A stretch of DNA of 64,000 nucleotides, taken from the NCBI GenBank assembly GCA_963816185.1, contig CAWFJJ010000028.1, forward strand, positions 579,791 through 643,790, read 5' to 3'. Within the stretch, counting starts at the first letter, position 1. The number at the start of each line of letters is the position of its first letter. The notes below the pieces were generated by a model, which saw only the letters and a list, made by a program, of their open reading frames with translations, was not told the origin of the DNA and did not search any database. Source of the stretch: Thermoanaerobaculia bacterium (GTDB lineage: Bacteria; Acidobacteriota; Thermoanaerobaculia; UBA5066). The position numbers and the translations under genes were made by a program. Positions 20,959 to 29,413 of this stretch are shown in pieces.

Positions 20959-23247
20959 TCATCTTCTAAGCAGATCTCTCTTCGGCTCTTTCCCCTGAAC
21001 CCACCTCACGAGCGAACCCGCCGGAACGTCTTTGAGCTCTTCCTTGGTGCCGTCCGGCCAGCGGACCTCGATGACGTCCGCCGCTTTCGCGCCGCCGAGA
21101 CCGAAGAGGAGGTCGTGCGACGACTGCGAGAGGTACGACGAGCCCGCGCGCACCTCGCGAAGCTGCACCTTCCCGCTCACCCGCAGGCGGACCACGGCGC
21201 CGAGGGCGTCGCGGTTCATGCCGTGATCGGCCGAAAGCCGGACGACGACGCGCCCGGCGCCGCTCCCCCACCCGTTGCGATAGACGAGAAGCGGCCCGCG
21301 GAAGCACGAGACGACGACTTCCGGCGCGCCGTCGCCGTCGAGGTCCGCATACGCGAGGCCGCGCGTGTCCTCGAGCGTGTCGAACCCTTCCACGAACGCC
21401 CGCTCCTCGAACGTGCCGTCCCCGCGGTTCCAGAAGAGCTTCTTCGGCGTCCGCGAGGCCATGCCGTTGACGCCGAAGTCGATGCCTCCCCACACGCCGT
21501 CGTGGAAGTTCACGCCTTCGCGCCCCATCGCGTTCCAGAACGAGATTTCGTCGTCGACGCCGGTCGTCGCCCGGAACATGCCGTTCACGACGAGAAGGTC
21601 CTCGCGGCCCTTGCCGTCGAGGTCCACGAACTCCGTGCCCCAGGCCCAGCCGCCGTCTGCGACCCCGGCCGCCTCGGACGTGCGTTCGAACTTGAGGCCG
21701 CCGAGATTGCGGAAGAGGCCGTCCCCGTCGGAGCGCCGCTGCATGATCTTCGCCATGTGAGAGCGCACCAGGCTCGCGCCCGGAAGAGGCGGCATGGGCC
21801 AACGCGAGTCGTTCAGGATCCAGCGATAGGGCGTCCAGTAGTCCGAAACATGCAGGTCCCAACGGCCGTCGCCGTCGTAGTCCCCCCACGCGACGCCCAT
21901 TCCGTAGCCCTCGTCCTGCGTGCCGTTCGTCCGGGCGATGTTCACGAAGAACGGGTGGCCGGGTGTGGACCGGTTCTCGAAGAATCCGTTCTTGCCGAAG
22001 TCGTTCGCGACGTAGAGGTCGTCGTCGCCGTCGTCATCCGCGTCGCAAGCTTCGGCGGCCAGGGCCCAGCCCACGTCGCCGAGGCCGGAGGCCGCTGTTT
22101 CGTCCACGAAGAAGGGATGCCCGTCACGCTCCACGTTCCGAAAGAAACGGTCACCCGGGCCGTTGACGCCGTTGTACGCGGGACCCGTGGCGCGTGCATC
22201 TCCGTAGCTCGCGACGAAGAGGTCGACGCGGCCGTCCCGGTCGGCGTCGAAGAGCACCGCGGACGTGAACGGCCCCGAAAGGCCGACGAGCCCCCACTCC
22301 TCGGTGACGTCGCGGAACTTTCCGTGCCCGAGGTTCTTCAGGAGGCGGCACGGGGAAATGTGATTCGAGAGAAACAGGTCCGGCAGCCCGTCCCCGTCCA
22401 CGTCGGCCGCGACGCCGCCGGAGGCCTCCATCTCCGGCAGGAGATCGAGTCCGGAGCCCGACGTCGCGTCCCGGAAATGACCGGTTCCGTCGTTCAGGAA
22501 GAGCCGCGGGTGGAGGCCCGGGACGACGACGTCCACGGCGCCGTCCCCGTCCACGTCCACGAGGAGGACTCCCGGGCGGTGGTGCGTCGCGGGGAGGCAG
22601 AGATTCGTCGACTCCACGGGGTCGAGGGGCTGGTGGGTCACCGCGAGGCCGCGCGAGGCGGCTTCTTCGAAGAGATGCGGCACGCCGCGCTGGATTTCGG
22701 CGGGGCCGCCGACGGCGATCGCCGATCGCAACTGCCAACGCGCCCTCGGAGAAAGATCATCGAATTTGCCTCGAAAAAGAGAGAGATCGAAGAGGGCCAA
22801 AGCCGCAACGCGCTCCAGATCATCCGCGCGCGCGAAACCCTGCAGGCGAACTTCGACGCGCACCGTCACGTTCGAAGAGGATTTCCTCTGAAGGTCGACG
22901 ATGCGGATCGCCGAAGCGCAGCGGAGATGACACGCCGAACGCCAGCGTTCCTCCAGGTCTCGCATAGGAAACGCCGCGGCCGACTCCATTGCGCCAGATC
23001 TTTCCGTATCACCGTCTAAGAAATCCTCTCTTTCTTTCTTACTTTCTAAGAAATCTTCTCTTCTCTCCTTCCCCCGAACCTTCTCTCCCGATCCATCTGC
23101 CTGAAAATCCCTCCTCAACTCGTCGACGAGGGCCGACGTCCCGAACGAGTAGTCCTCCAGCGTCGGCATGGGCCGGGTGCCGCCGCAAGCCGGCGCAAGG
23201 ATCGCCAGGCCGAGGAGCCCGAACAACGCGATGGGACGCCTCACCAC
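20959..23247 (-). CDS. CRTAC1/ASPIC-UnbV family lipoprotein with N-terminal extension
   Basis: Lipobox APAC after GTG at 23247; FG-GAP repeats; GSSYLSQS..LLFGLG..VRWPDG. Confidence 0.85.
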   Translation of the reverse strand: MVRRPIALFGLLGLAILAPACGGTRPMPTLEDYSFGTSALVDELRRDFQADGSGEKVRGKERREDFLESKKEREDFLDGDTERSGAMESAAAFPMRDLEERWRSACHLRCASAIRIVDLQRKSSSNVTVRVEVRLQGFARADDLERVAALALFDLSLFRGKFDDLSPRARWQLRSAIAVGGPAEIQRGVPHLFEEAASRGLAVTHQPLDPVESTNLCLPATHHRPGVLLVDVDGDGAVDVVVPGLHPRLFLNDGTGHFRDATSGSGLDLLPEMEASGGVAADVDGDGLPDLFLSNHISPCRLLKNLGHGKFRDVTEEWGLVGLSGPFTSAVLFDADRDGRVDLFVASYGDARATGPAYNGVNGPGDRFFRNVERDGHPFFVDETAASGLGDVGWALAAEACDADDDGDDDLYVANDFGKNGFFENRSTPGHPFFVNIARTNGTQDEGYGMGVAWGDYDGDGRWDLHVSDYWTPYRWILNDSRWPMPPLPGASLVRSHMAKIMQRRSDGDGLFRNLGGLKFERTSEAAGVADGGWAWGTEFVDLDGKGREDLLVVNGMFRATTGVDDEISFWNAMGREGVNFHDGVWGGIDFGVNGMASRTPKKLFWNRGDGTFEERAFVEGFDTLEDTRGLAYADLDGDGAPEVVVSCFRGPLLVYRNGWGSGAGRVVVRLSADHGMNRDALGAVVRLRVSGKVQLREVRAGSSYLSQSSHDLLFGLGGAKAADVIEVRWPDGTKEELKDVPAGSLVRWVQGKEPKRDLLRR

Positions 23248-23269
23248 GCGGCAATGGTAAAACGGGATC

Positions 23270-24715
23270 GTGACCAGACCCACCCTTTGTGCCTTCGCCG
23301 CCGCCAGCTTCGTGGTCCTCCTTCCCGGGTGCGCCTCTTGGAGCGCCGACGCGCCCGACACGCCCGCGACACGATGGACGCCGCCCGCCGGGGCAGTCCC
23401 GCCCGCGCCGACGCCCGTGCCACCCCCGCCTGAGCTCGCGCCCGAGAAGCTCAAAGGGCGGACGGTCTCGCTCGCCGAGGCGATCGACGTCGCGCTCCGG
23501 AACAGCCCGGTCACGAGGCAGAGCTGGCTCCTCGCGCGGTTCGCGGCGGCCGGCCTCGGGAGCAAGCGGTCGGCGCTCTTCCCGTCCGTCGAACTCGACG
23601 CGCAGGCCGGGAGGCAGAAACAGACTTCCTCCGGCGGGACGATCACGACGCTCCTGACGACGTACGGCCCGACCGCGTCGCTGAGCTTTCTCGTCCTCGA
23701 CCTGGGCGGCCGATCGGCGGACATCGCGGAGGCGCGGGAATCCCTCTACGCGGCCGACTACACGCACAACGCCACGATGAACGACCTGATCCTCCTCGTC
23801 GCCCAGAGCTACTACACCTACCAGGGCGTGCGGGCTCTCCTCGTGGCGCAGGAGGCGAGCCTCAAACAGGCCGACGAGAATTACGCGGCGGCAAACGAGC
23901 GGCACCGGGCCGGCGTCGCGACGATCGCCGACGTCCTCCAGGCAAGGACGTCCCTCTCGCAGCAGCGCCTCGCGTACGAGACCGTCAAAGGGCAGATCGA
24001 GACGGAGCGCGGCCAGCTCACGACGGCTCTTGGGGTGCCGATCGACCTGCCCGTGGACGCGGCGCCGCTGCCCGAGGACCAGAACGTCGACGAGGTCGTC
24101 CGATCCGTCGACGTCCTCATCGCGGACGCCGGCCGCCTTCGGCCCGACCTGGCGGCCGCCCGCTCCCGCGCCCTCGCCGCGCAGAGCCACGTCCGCTCCG
24201 TGCGATCGGGCGGCCTGCCGACGCTCTCGCTGGGTGCCTCCGCCAACCGCACTTGGTTCGAAGGATCGGATGCCTTGCGCACCTATGGGGACAACTATTC
24301 CCTGAGCCTCTTTTTCCGCTGGCCCGTCTTCAACGGGTTCAAGACGACTTACGACACGCGGCAGGCGGAAGCCCTCGCCGAGGCCTCCGGCGCCCAGGCG
24401 GAAACCGCCGCCCAGCAGGTCATCTACCAGGTCTGGACCAGCTACTACAATCTCCAGACGGCCGTGCAGCAGGTACGGGCCTCGCGCGATCTCCTCGAGA
24501 GCTCGAAGGAGTCGGCCGAGGTGGCACGGGGCCGCTACAAGGAGGGCGTCGGAAGCATCCTCGACCTGTTGACGGCCGAAAGCGCTCTTGCGACCGCGCT
24601 CGCGGAGGACGTGCGGAGCCGAGCCGGCTTCCTCCTCGCCGTCGCACAGCTCGCGCATGACACCGGAACCGTCGATCTCGTGCCCGCCGCGGCCGAAAAG
24701 AAGGGAACTCCATGA
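23270..24715 (+). CDS. TolC family outer-membrane efflux lipoprotein
   Basis: Lipobox LPGC, SLAEAIDVAL.NSP, RPDL, RYKEGVGSILDLL.AE. Confidence 0.9.
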   Translation: MTRPTLCAFAAASFVVLLPGCASWSADAPDTPATRWTPPAGAVPPAPTPVPPPPELAPEKLKGRTVSLAEAIDVALRNSPVTRQSWLLARFAAAGLGSKRSALFPSVELDAQAGRQKQTSSGGTITTLLTTYGPTASLSFLVLDLGGRSADIAEARESLYAADYTHNATMNDLILLVAQSYYTYQGVRALLVAQEASLKQADENYAAANERHRAGVATIADVLQARTSLSQQRLAYETVKGQIETERGQLTTALGVPIDLPVDAAPLPEDQNVDEVVRSVDVLIADAGRLRPDLAAARSRALAAQSHVRSVRSGGLPTLSLGASANRTWFEGSDALRTYGDNYSLSLFFRWPVFNGFKTTYDTRQAEALAEASGAQAETAAQQVIYQVWTSYYNLQTAVQQVRASRDLLESSKESAEVARGRYKEGVGSILDLLTAESALATALAEDVRSRAGFLLAVAQLAHDTGTVDLVPAAAEKKGTP

Positions 24716-25845
24716 ACCTCCGGCGTCTCGCCGCACTCGTTTCGATCGTCTTTCTCGCGGACTCCTGCGGCGCGAAGGACAAGAAGGCAGCGGCGCCTCC
24801 GAGCGTTCCCGTCACCGCCGGTGTCGTCGAGAACAAGGATGTGCCGCTCGAGGCGGTCGCGGTCGGACACGTGGATCCCTTCTCCACGGTCGCGGTGCGG
24901 ACGCGGGTCGGCGGCGAGGTCACCAAAGTCGCCTTCCGCGAAGGGCAGGACGTCAAGGGCGGCGACCTCTTGTTCGAGATCGATCGCCGGCCCTACCAGT
25001 CCGCGCTCGCCGAGGCCGAGGCGAACCTCGAGCGGGATCGCGCCCGCGCCCGCGAAGCGGACGAGAACCTGAAGCGTTACGCCGAGCTCGTCAAGAAGGA
25101 CTACGTCACACAAGAGCAGTTCTCCCAGGCCACGGCGAACGCGGACGCCCTGAAGGCGACCGTGAAGGCCGACGACGCCGCCGTCGAGACGGCGCGCCTG
25201 AACGTCTCGTACTGCCTGATCAACGCGCCGATCTCGGGCCGGACGGGCGGCCTCCTCGTGCACTCCGGCAACATGATCAAGGCGAACGACGACCGCGCCC
25301 TCGTCGTCATCAACCAGATCGAGCCGATCTACGTCACATTCGCCCTGCCCGAGGCGGTCCTCGCGGACGTCAAGAAGCGTGCGGCCGCCGGCGCCCTGAA
25401 AGTGAGCGCGCTGCCGAACGGACCCGGCCTGACGCCCTCCGAAGGCACGCTCTCCTTCATCGACAACACCGTGGACACGACCACCGGCACGATCAACCTG
25501 AAGGCCACGTTCCCGAACCACGACCGCGCGCTCTGGCCGGGACAGTTCACGAACGTCTCGCTCACGCTCGCGACGGACGCGAACGCCGTCGTTGCGCCGA
25601 CGCCCGCGGTCCAGGCGGGGCAACAGGGCACGTACGTGTACGTCATCAAGCCGGACGACACGGTCGAGGCCCGCACCGTCGTCGTGCGCCGCACCTGGCA
25701 GCAGTGGTCCGTGATCGACAAGGGGCTCGCGCCGGGCGAGCGAGTCGTGACCGACGGGCAGCTCCGCCTCGCGCCCGGGACGAAGGTCGCGATCAAGACC
25801 GACCTGGTGCCCGCTTCCACGCCTCCCGCGGAGAAGAAATCGTGA
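24712..25845 (+). CDS. RND efflux periplasmic adaptor (MdtA-like)
   Basis: V..RVGGE...V.F.EGQ.V, I.APISGRTG, DN.VD.TTGTI, LWPGQF. Confidence 0.92.
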   Translation: MNLRRLAALVSIVFLADSCGAKDKKAAAPPSVPVTAGVVENKDVPLEAVAVGHVDPFSTVAVRTRVGGEVTKVAFREGQDVKGGDLLFEIDRRPYQSALAEAEANLERDRARAREADENLKRYAELVKKDYVTQEQFSQATANADALKATVKADDAAVETARLNVSYCLINAPISGRTGGLLVHSGNMIKANDDRALVVINQIEPIYVTFALPEAVLADVKKRAAAGALKVSALPNGPGLTPSEGTLSFIDNTVDTTTGTINLKATFPNHDRALWPGQFTNVSLTLATDANAVVAPTPAVQAGQQGTYVYVIKPDDTVEARTVVVRRTWQQWSVIDKGLAPGERVVTDGQLRLAPGTKVAIKTDLVPASTPPAEKKS

Positions 25846-25915
25846 ACCGAAGAGCCGAGCCGCAGGCGAGGATCGCAGGTCCGTGCCGCGCCCGAGGCGG
25901 AAGGCGAGGGCGTGG

Positions 25916-28900
25916 ATGAATATCTCCGAGCTCTTCATCCGGCGCCCGGTCGCCACCACGCTCGTGATGCTGGGGATCCTCTTCTTCGGCATCGTTGGCT
26001 ACCGGCTCCTCCCGGTCTCGGACCTGCCGAACGTGGACTTTCCGACGATCCAGGTGACGGCCGCCCTCCCGGGAGCGAGCCCCGAGACGATGGCCTCCGC
26101 GGTCGCGACGCCTCTCGAGCGCCAGTTCACGACGATCGCCGGCCTCGACAGCATGAACTCGACGAGCATCCTCGGCGTCACGCAGGTGACTCTCCAGTTC
26201 AACCTCAGCCGCAACCTCGACGCGGCCGCCCAGGACGTGCAGGCCGCGATCGGCGGGGCCTCGCGCCAGCTTCCTCCGGGGATGCCGAGCCCTCCCACGT
26301 ATCAGAAGGTCAATCCGGCCGACCAGCCCATCGTCTACATCGCCCTCACCTCGCCGACGCTCGCCCTCTCGACGCTCGACGAGTACGCCGAGACGATCAT
26401 GGCGCAGCGCATCTCGACGGTCTCCGGCGTCGCGCAGGTGCTGGTGTACGGCGCGCAGAAATACGCCGTACGCGTGCAGGTCGACCCGCGCGCGCTCGCC
26501 TACCGGGGCATCGGGATAGACGAGGCTTCCGCCGCCGTCGCCGCCGCGAACGTGAACATCCCGACGGGGACGCTCTGGGGCGCGAACACCGCGTACACGG
26601 TGGAGGCCACCGGCCAGCTCACGAAGGCCGCCGAATACGGTCCGCTCATCGTGGCCTACCGGAACGGGTCGCCGGTGAGGGTGAACGACATCGGCCGCGC
26701 GCTCGACAGCGTCGAGAACGACAAGACGGCTTCGTGGTACGTCGACAAGGACGGTCCGACGCGCAGCATCGTCCTCGCGATCCAGAAGCAGCCCGGCGAG
26801 AACACGGTCGAGGTCGTCTCGAACATCAGGAAGCTGATCCCGGTGTTCCAGGCCATGCTCCCGGGCTCGGCGAAGCTCAACATCCTCTTCGACCGCTCCA
26901 AGTCCATCCGGGAATCCGTCTCCGACGTGAAATTCACGCTCTGGCTGACGCTCGCGCTCGTCGTCCTCGTGATCTTCCTGTTCCTGAGAAACCTCTCGGC
27001 GACCGTCATCCCGTCGTTGGCCCTTCCGCTCTCGATCGCCGGGACGTTCGCCGCGATGTACGCGCTCGGCTACAGCATGGACAACCTGTCGCTCATGGCG
27101 CTCACGCTCTCGGTGGGGTTCGTCGTGGACGATGCGATCGTGGTCCTCGAGAACATCGTCCGGCACATCGAGTCGGGCGAGAAAGTCTTCGACGCCGCCC
27201 TGAACGGCACGAAGGAGATCGGATTCACGATTCTCTCCATGACGCTGTCCCTCGCCGCCGTGTTCATTCCGCTGCTCTTCATGGGCGGGATCATCGGACG
27301 GCTGTTCCGCGAGTTCGCCGTCACGATCGCGGTCGCGATCCTCGTGTCGGGCTTCGTCTCGCTGACGCTGACGCCCATGCTCTGCGCCCGATACCTGAAG
27401 GCGCACGACGAGGCGAAGCCGCACGGCCACTTCTACCTGGCCTCCGAGCGCGTCTTCGACTCGACGCTCGCCTTTTACGAGCGCGGCCTGAAGTGGGCTC
27501 TGAGGCGGAAACGGCTGATGCTGGGCTTTTCGGCTCTCGTCCTCCTCGCCACGGTCTTTCTCTTCCGGATCGTTCCGAAGGGCTTCATTCCGACCGACGA
27601 CACCGGACAGATCTTCGCCCCCACCGAGGCGGCGCAGGGCATCTCGTTCGAGGCCATGGTCGAGCATCAGAAGGCGGCCGCAGAGGTCGTGAGGGGCGAC
27701 CCGAACGTCGAGGGCTTCATGTCGAGCTGCGGCAACCGCGGCAACAGCGTCCTGAGCGGGAACACCGGCACGATGTTCATGCGCCTGAAACCCCGCAACG
27801 AGCGCAAGCTCTCGGCCGACCAGATCATCCAGCAGCTCCGCCCGAGGCTCGCGCAGATCCCCGGAATCCGGGTCTATCCCCAGAACCTGCCGCCGATCCG
27901 GCTGGGAGGAGTGCTCACGCGGGCGCAATACCAGTTCACGCTGCAGGCGTCCGACACGAAGGATCTCTACCAGGCCGCGCCGCTTCTCGAAGAGAAGATG
28001 CACGGGATCAAGGCCCTCCAGGACGTCAACAGCGACCTTCAGCTCCGCAACCCGACGGCCTATCTCACGATCGACCGCGACCGGACGGCCGCGCTCGGCG
28101 TCACGCCGGAATCCATCGAGAACGCGCTCTACACGGCATACGGCTCCCGCCAGATCTCGACGATCTACTCTCCCAACAACGAGTACCAGGTGATCATGGA
28201 GCTCCTGCCGCAGTTCCAGCGCGACCCGTCGGCGTTCCAGCTCCTGTACGTGAGGTCCCGGAAGGGTGATCTCATCCCGCTCTCGGCGCTCACGAAGCTC
28301 GAGAAGACCGTGGGGCCTCTCGCCGTCAATCACGCGGGCCAGCTTCCGGCCGTCACGATCTCCTTCAACCTGCCGCCCGGCGTCTCGCTGGGCGAGGCCG
28401 TTGCGGAGATCACCAAGGTGGCGCGCGCGACGCTGCCGGCCACGATTCAGACTACCTTCCAGGGGACGGCGCAGGCGTTCGAAGCTTCGCAGAAGGGTCT
28501 CGGGCTCCTCCTCCTCGTCGCGATCCTCGTGATCTACATGGTGCTCGGCATCCTGTACGAGGACTTCCTGCACCCGCTCACGATCCTGTCGGCTCTTCCC
28601 TTCGCCGGCTTCGGAGCGCTGCTCACGCTCCTCATCTTCAAGGTGGAGCTCTCGATCTACGCTTTCGTGGGCGTCATCCTGCTCGTCGGCCTCGTGAAGA
28701 AGAACGGCATCATGATGGTCGACTTCGCCGTCGAAGGGCGCCGCGCGGGCAAGAGCGCCGAGGACGCGATCTACGAGGCCTGTGTCGTGCGCTTCCGCCC
28801 GATCATGATGACGACGATGGCCGCGCTCATGGGGACTCTGCCGATTGCCCTCGGCTTCGGAGCGGGCGCCGAGTCGCGCCGGCCCCTCGGCCTCGCCGTC

Positions 28901-29062
28901 GTCGGCGGCCTTCTCTTCTCCCAGATGATCACGCTCTACGTCACGCCGGTCTTCTACGTCTACATGGAGAGCGTCGCCGAGCGGCTCAAGCGCCGGCGCG
29001 GAGAGAAGGCCGAAGTCCACCCCGTGCGCAAGGAGAGTCCGGCCGCGGCCGCCGGGAGCTGA
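25916..29062 (+). CDS. RND efflux permease (MdtB/MdtC-like)
   Basis: FIRRPVATTL, GFVVDDAIVVLENI, GLVKKNGIMMVDFA, RFRPIMMTT. Confidence 0.95.
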   Translation: MNISELFIRRPVATTLVMLGILFFGIVGYRLLPVSDLPNVDFPTIQVTAALPGASPETMASAVATPLERQFTTIAGLDSMNSTSILGVTQVTLQFNLSRNLDAAAQDVQAAIGGASRQLPPGMPSPPTYQKVNPADQPIVYIALTSPTLALSTLDEYAETIMAQRISTVSGVAQVLVYGAQKYAVRVQVDPRALAYRGIGIDEASAAVAAANVNIPTGTLWGANTAYTVEATGQLTKAAEYGPLIVAYRNGSPVRVNDIGRALDSVENDKTASWYVDKDGPTRSIVLAIQKQPGENTVEVVSNIRKLIPVFQAMLPGSAKLNILFDRSKSIRESVSDVKFTLWLTLALVVLVIFLFLRNLSATVIPSLALPLSIAGTFAAMYALGYSMDNLSLMALTLSVGFVVDDAIVVLENIVRHIESGEKVFDAALNGTKEIGFTILSMTLSLAAVFIPLLFMGGIIGRLFREFAVTIAVAILVSGFVSLTLTPMLCARYLKAHDEAKPHGHFYLASERVFDSTLAFYERGLKWALRRKRLMLGFSALVLLATVFLFRIVPKGFIPTDDTGQIFAPTEAAQGISFEAMVEHQKAAAEVVRGDPNVEGFMSSCGNRGNSVLSGNTGTMFMRLKPRNERKLSADQIIQQLRPRLAQIPGIRVYPQNLPPIRLGGVLTRAQYQFTLQASDTKDLYQAAPLLEEKMHGIKALQDVNSDLQLRNPTAYLTIDRDRTAALGVTPESIENALYTAYGSRQISTIYSPNNEYQVIMELLPQFQRDPSAFQLLYVRSRKGDLIPLSALTKLEKTVGPLAVNHAGQLPAVTISFNLPPGVSLGEAVAEITKVARATLPATIQTTFQGTAQAFEASQKGLGLLLLVAILVIYMVLGILYEDFLHPLTILSALPFAGFGALLTLLIFKVELSIYAFVGVILLVGLVKKNGIMMVDFAVEGRRAGKSAEDAIYEACVVRFRPIMMTTMAALMGTLPIALGFGAGAESRRPLGLAVVGGLLFSQMITLYVTPVFYVYMESVAERLKRRRGEKAEVHPVRKESPAAAAGS

Positions 29063-29085
29063 GCGGTCGGCACGCTTCCCCGCAT

Positions 29086-29114
29086 TTGACGCAGCGCGTA
29101 ATAATCCGTATATT
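29086..29114 (+). promoter_or_regulatory. Sigma70-type promoter
   Basis: TTGACG-N17-TATATT; GGAGGT RBS before the ATG at 29147. Confidence 0.65.
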
Positions 29115-29146
29115 GTCTCCGGGAGCCCTGCTCACGGAGGTGCAAG

Positions 29147-29362
29147 ATGAGCGCAAAACGAAAGCCGGCCCAGAGCCCCCGAAGAGCGAGGCGGAAAGTC
29201 TTCTCGGTGCCGACCATGCATACCTGCCTCGAATGCCCTGTCTGTGGGGCTGAGACTTGTAAGACATTGCAGGACCTTGGGATGTACTGCGATACCGAGA
29301 TCGCCGCCACCGAGGCTTGGCGCATGGAGCCCCGCGGTAAGCGCACGTTTGCCGTCGCCTGA
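29147..29362 (+). CDS. Small basic Cys-rich protein
   Basis: Good promoter and RBS; CLECPVCGAETC...C. Confidence 0.55.
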   Translation: MSAKRKPAQSPRRARRKVFSVPTMHTCLECPVCGAETCKTLQDLGMYCDTEIAATEAWRMEPRGKRTFAVA

Positions 29363-29413
29363 CGGCGTCCCGAAATCCGGGATGGAGCGCGGCGTCCCGG
29401 CGCCTGACGTCTT

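Larger units (their letters stand above)
1857..23052. repeat. Dispersed short repeat, core TTCTAAGAA with pyrimidine-rich flanks, both orientations
   Basis: Exact TTCTWAGAA at 2374, 2477, 8899, 17368, 19129, 19342, 23044. Central-base variants at 2555 and 20729. One-mismatch copies at 1857, 1945, 15084, 19797, 20964, 23014. Weaker copy at 17294. Confidence 0.8.

Noticed and set aside
23248-23724. N-terminal extension of ORF 20959..23724
   Set aside because: Overlaps the TolC gene antisense; the signal peptide and lipobox begin near 23247
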